Below, piece by piece: positions 63,894-64,000 of a stretch of 64,000 nucleotides of DNA. How positions within the stretch are numbered: the first letter of the stretch is position 1; each line of letters starts with the position of its first letter. The notes below the pieces were generated by a model that did no database searches, had not been told where the DNA came from, and was given only the letters and a program-made list of their open reading frames with translations. The stretch lies in contig SUXT01000001.1 in NCBI GenBank assembly GCA_015060835.1, positions 5,277-69,276 on the forward strand, written 5' to 3'. The stretch comes from Bacteroidales bacterium. Its GTDB lineage: Bacteria; Bacteroidota; Bacteroidia; Bacteroidales; Bacteroidaceae. The translations under genes and the position numbers were made by a program.

Positions 63894-64000
63894 ATGATGA
63901 GAAATGGAGAAATCGTTAACAAGCTGGGGGCATTGGTGGCGGATATGAACTATATTGCAGCTATCGGCTGGTGGCACTTTGAGCATGATAACCATCGTAT
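63894..64000 (+). CDS. Start of an unidentified ORF running off the right edge
   Basis: My own translation is MMRNGEIVNKLGALVADMNYIAAIGWWHFEHDNHR..., which is too short to assign. Confidence 0.25.
   Translation, partial: MMRNGEIVNKLGALVADMNYIAAIGWWHFEHDNHR

Noticed and set aside
1-64000. tRNA, rRNA, tmRNA and riboswitches (for example B12 upstream of metH).
   Set aside because: Scanning by eye found no T-loop or anticodon-arm type sequence and no rRNA-like block. metH follows smpB by 27 nt, leaving no room for a leader. A covariance-model scan would be needed to be certain.

Overview
The window looks like a Bacteroidales-type chromosome. It has Bacteroides-style TAnnTTTG -7 boxes, many lipoprotein or signal-peptide N-termini, a BACON-like domain and a Bacteroidota-type tyrosine integrase. 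Roughly 1-35.4 kb is mostly housekeeping, about 50% GC by spot counts. It carries panB, a threonine aldolase, aroE, purC, phoH, rpe, comEC, split chrA, a GH127-like hydrolase, wecB/ugd/wecC, metH and smpB. Accessory pieces interrupt it: the 3' end of a group II intron, a decayed repeat region, a degenerate ADP-ribosylglycohydrolase fused to a Cys-phosphatase, a tyrosine integrase next to a long inverted-repeat segment, and two tandem LTD-CotH paralogues. From about 35.5 to 55.4 kb there is a sharply AT-rich island with no integrase, tRNA or phage structural genes. Its core (35921-50712) is a tightly packed co-directional gene set. It encodes two giant Hsp70/actin-fold ATPase proteins (one membrane-spanning), a divergent FtsZ/tubulin-like GTPase, a MIDAS-containing vWA protein, membrane and coiled-coil proteins, and an SNase-OB/transglutaminase-like protein. 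I do not recognise this combination as a named system, and it is the main candidate for something new. A second AT-rich module follows (51229-55353) with two exported caspase-like proteins. Just beyond the island a higher-GC operon links a caspase, an ECF-type sigma factor, an anti-sigma-like protein and a TPR-CHAT protein. A family of roughly 85-bp palindromic intergenic repeats that carry promoter-like boxes occurs at five sites or more. I saw no rRNA, tRNA or CRISPR array by eye. All domain calls rest on motif recognition in the supplied translations, not on database searches.
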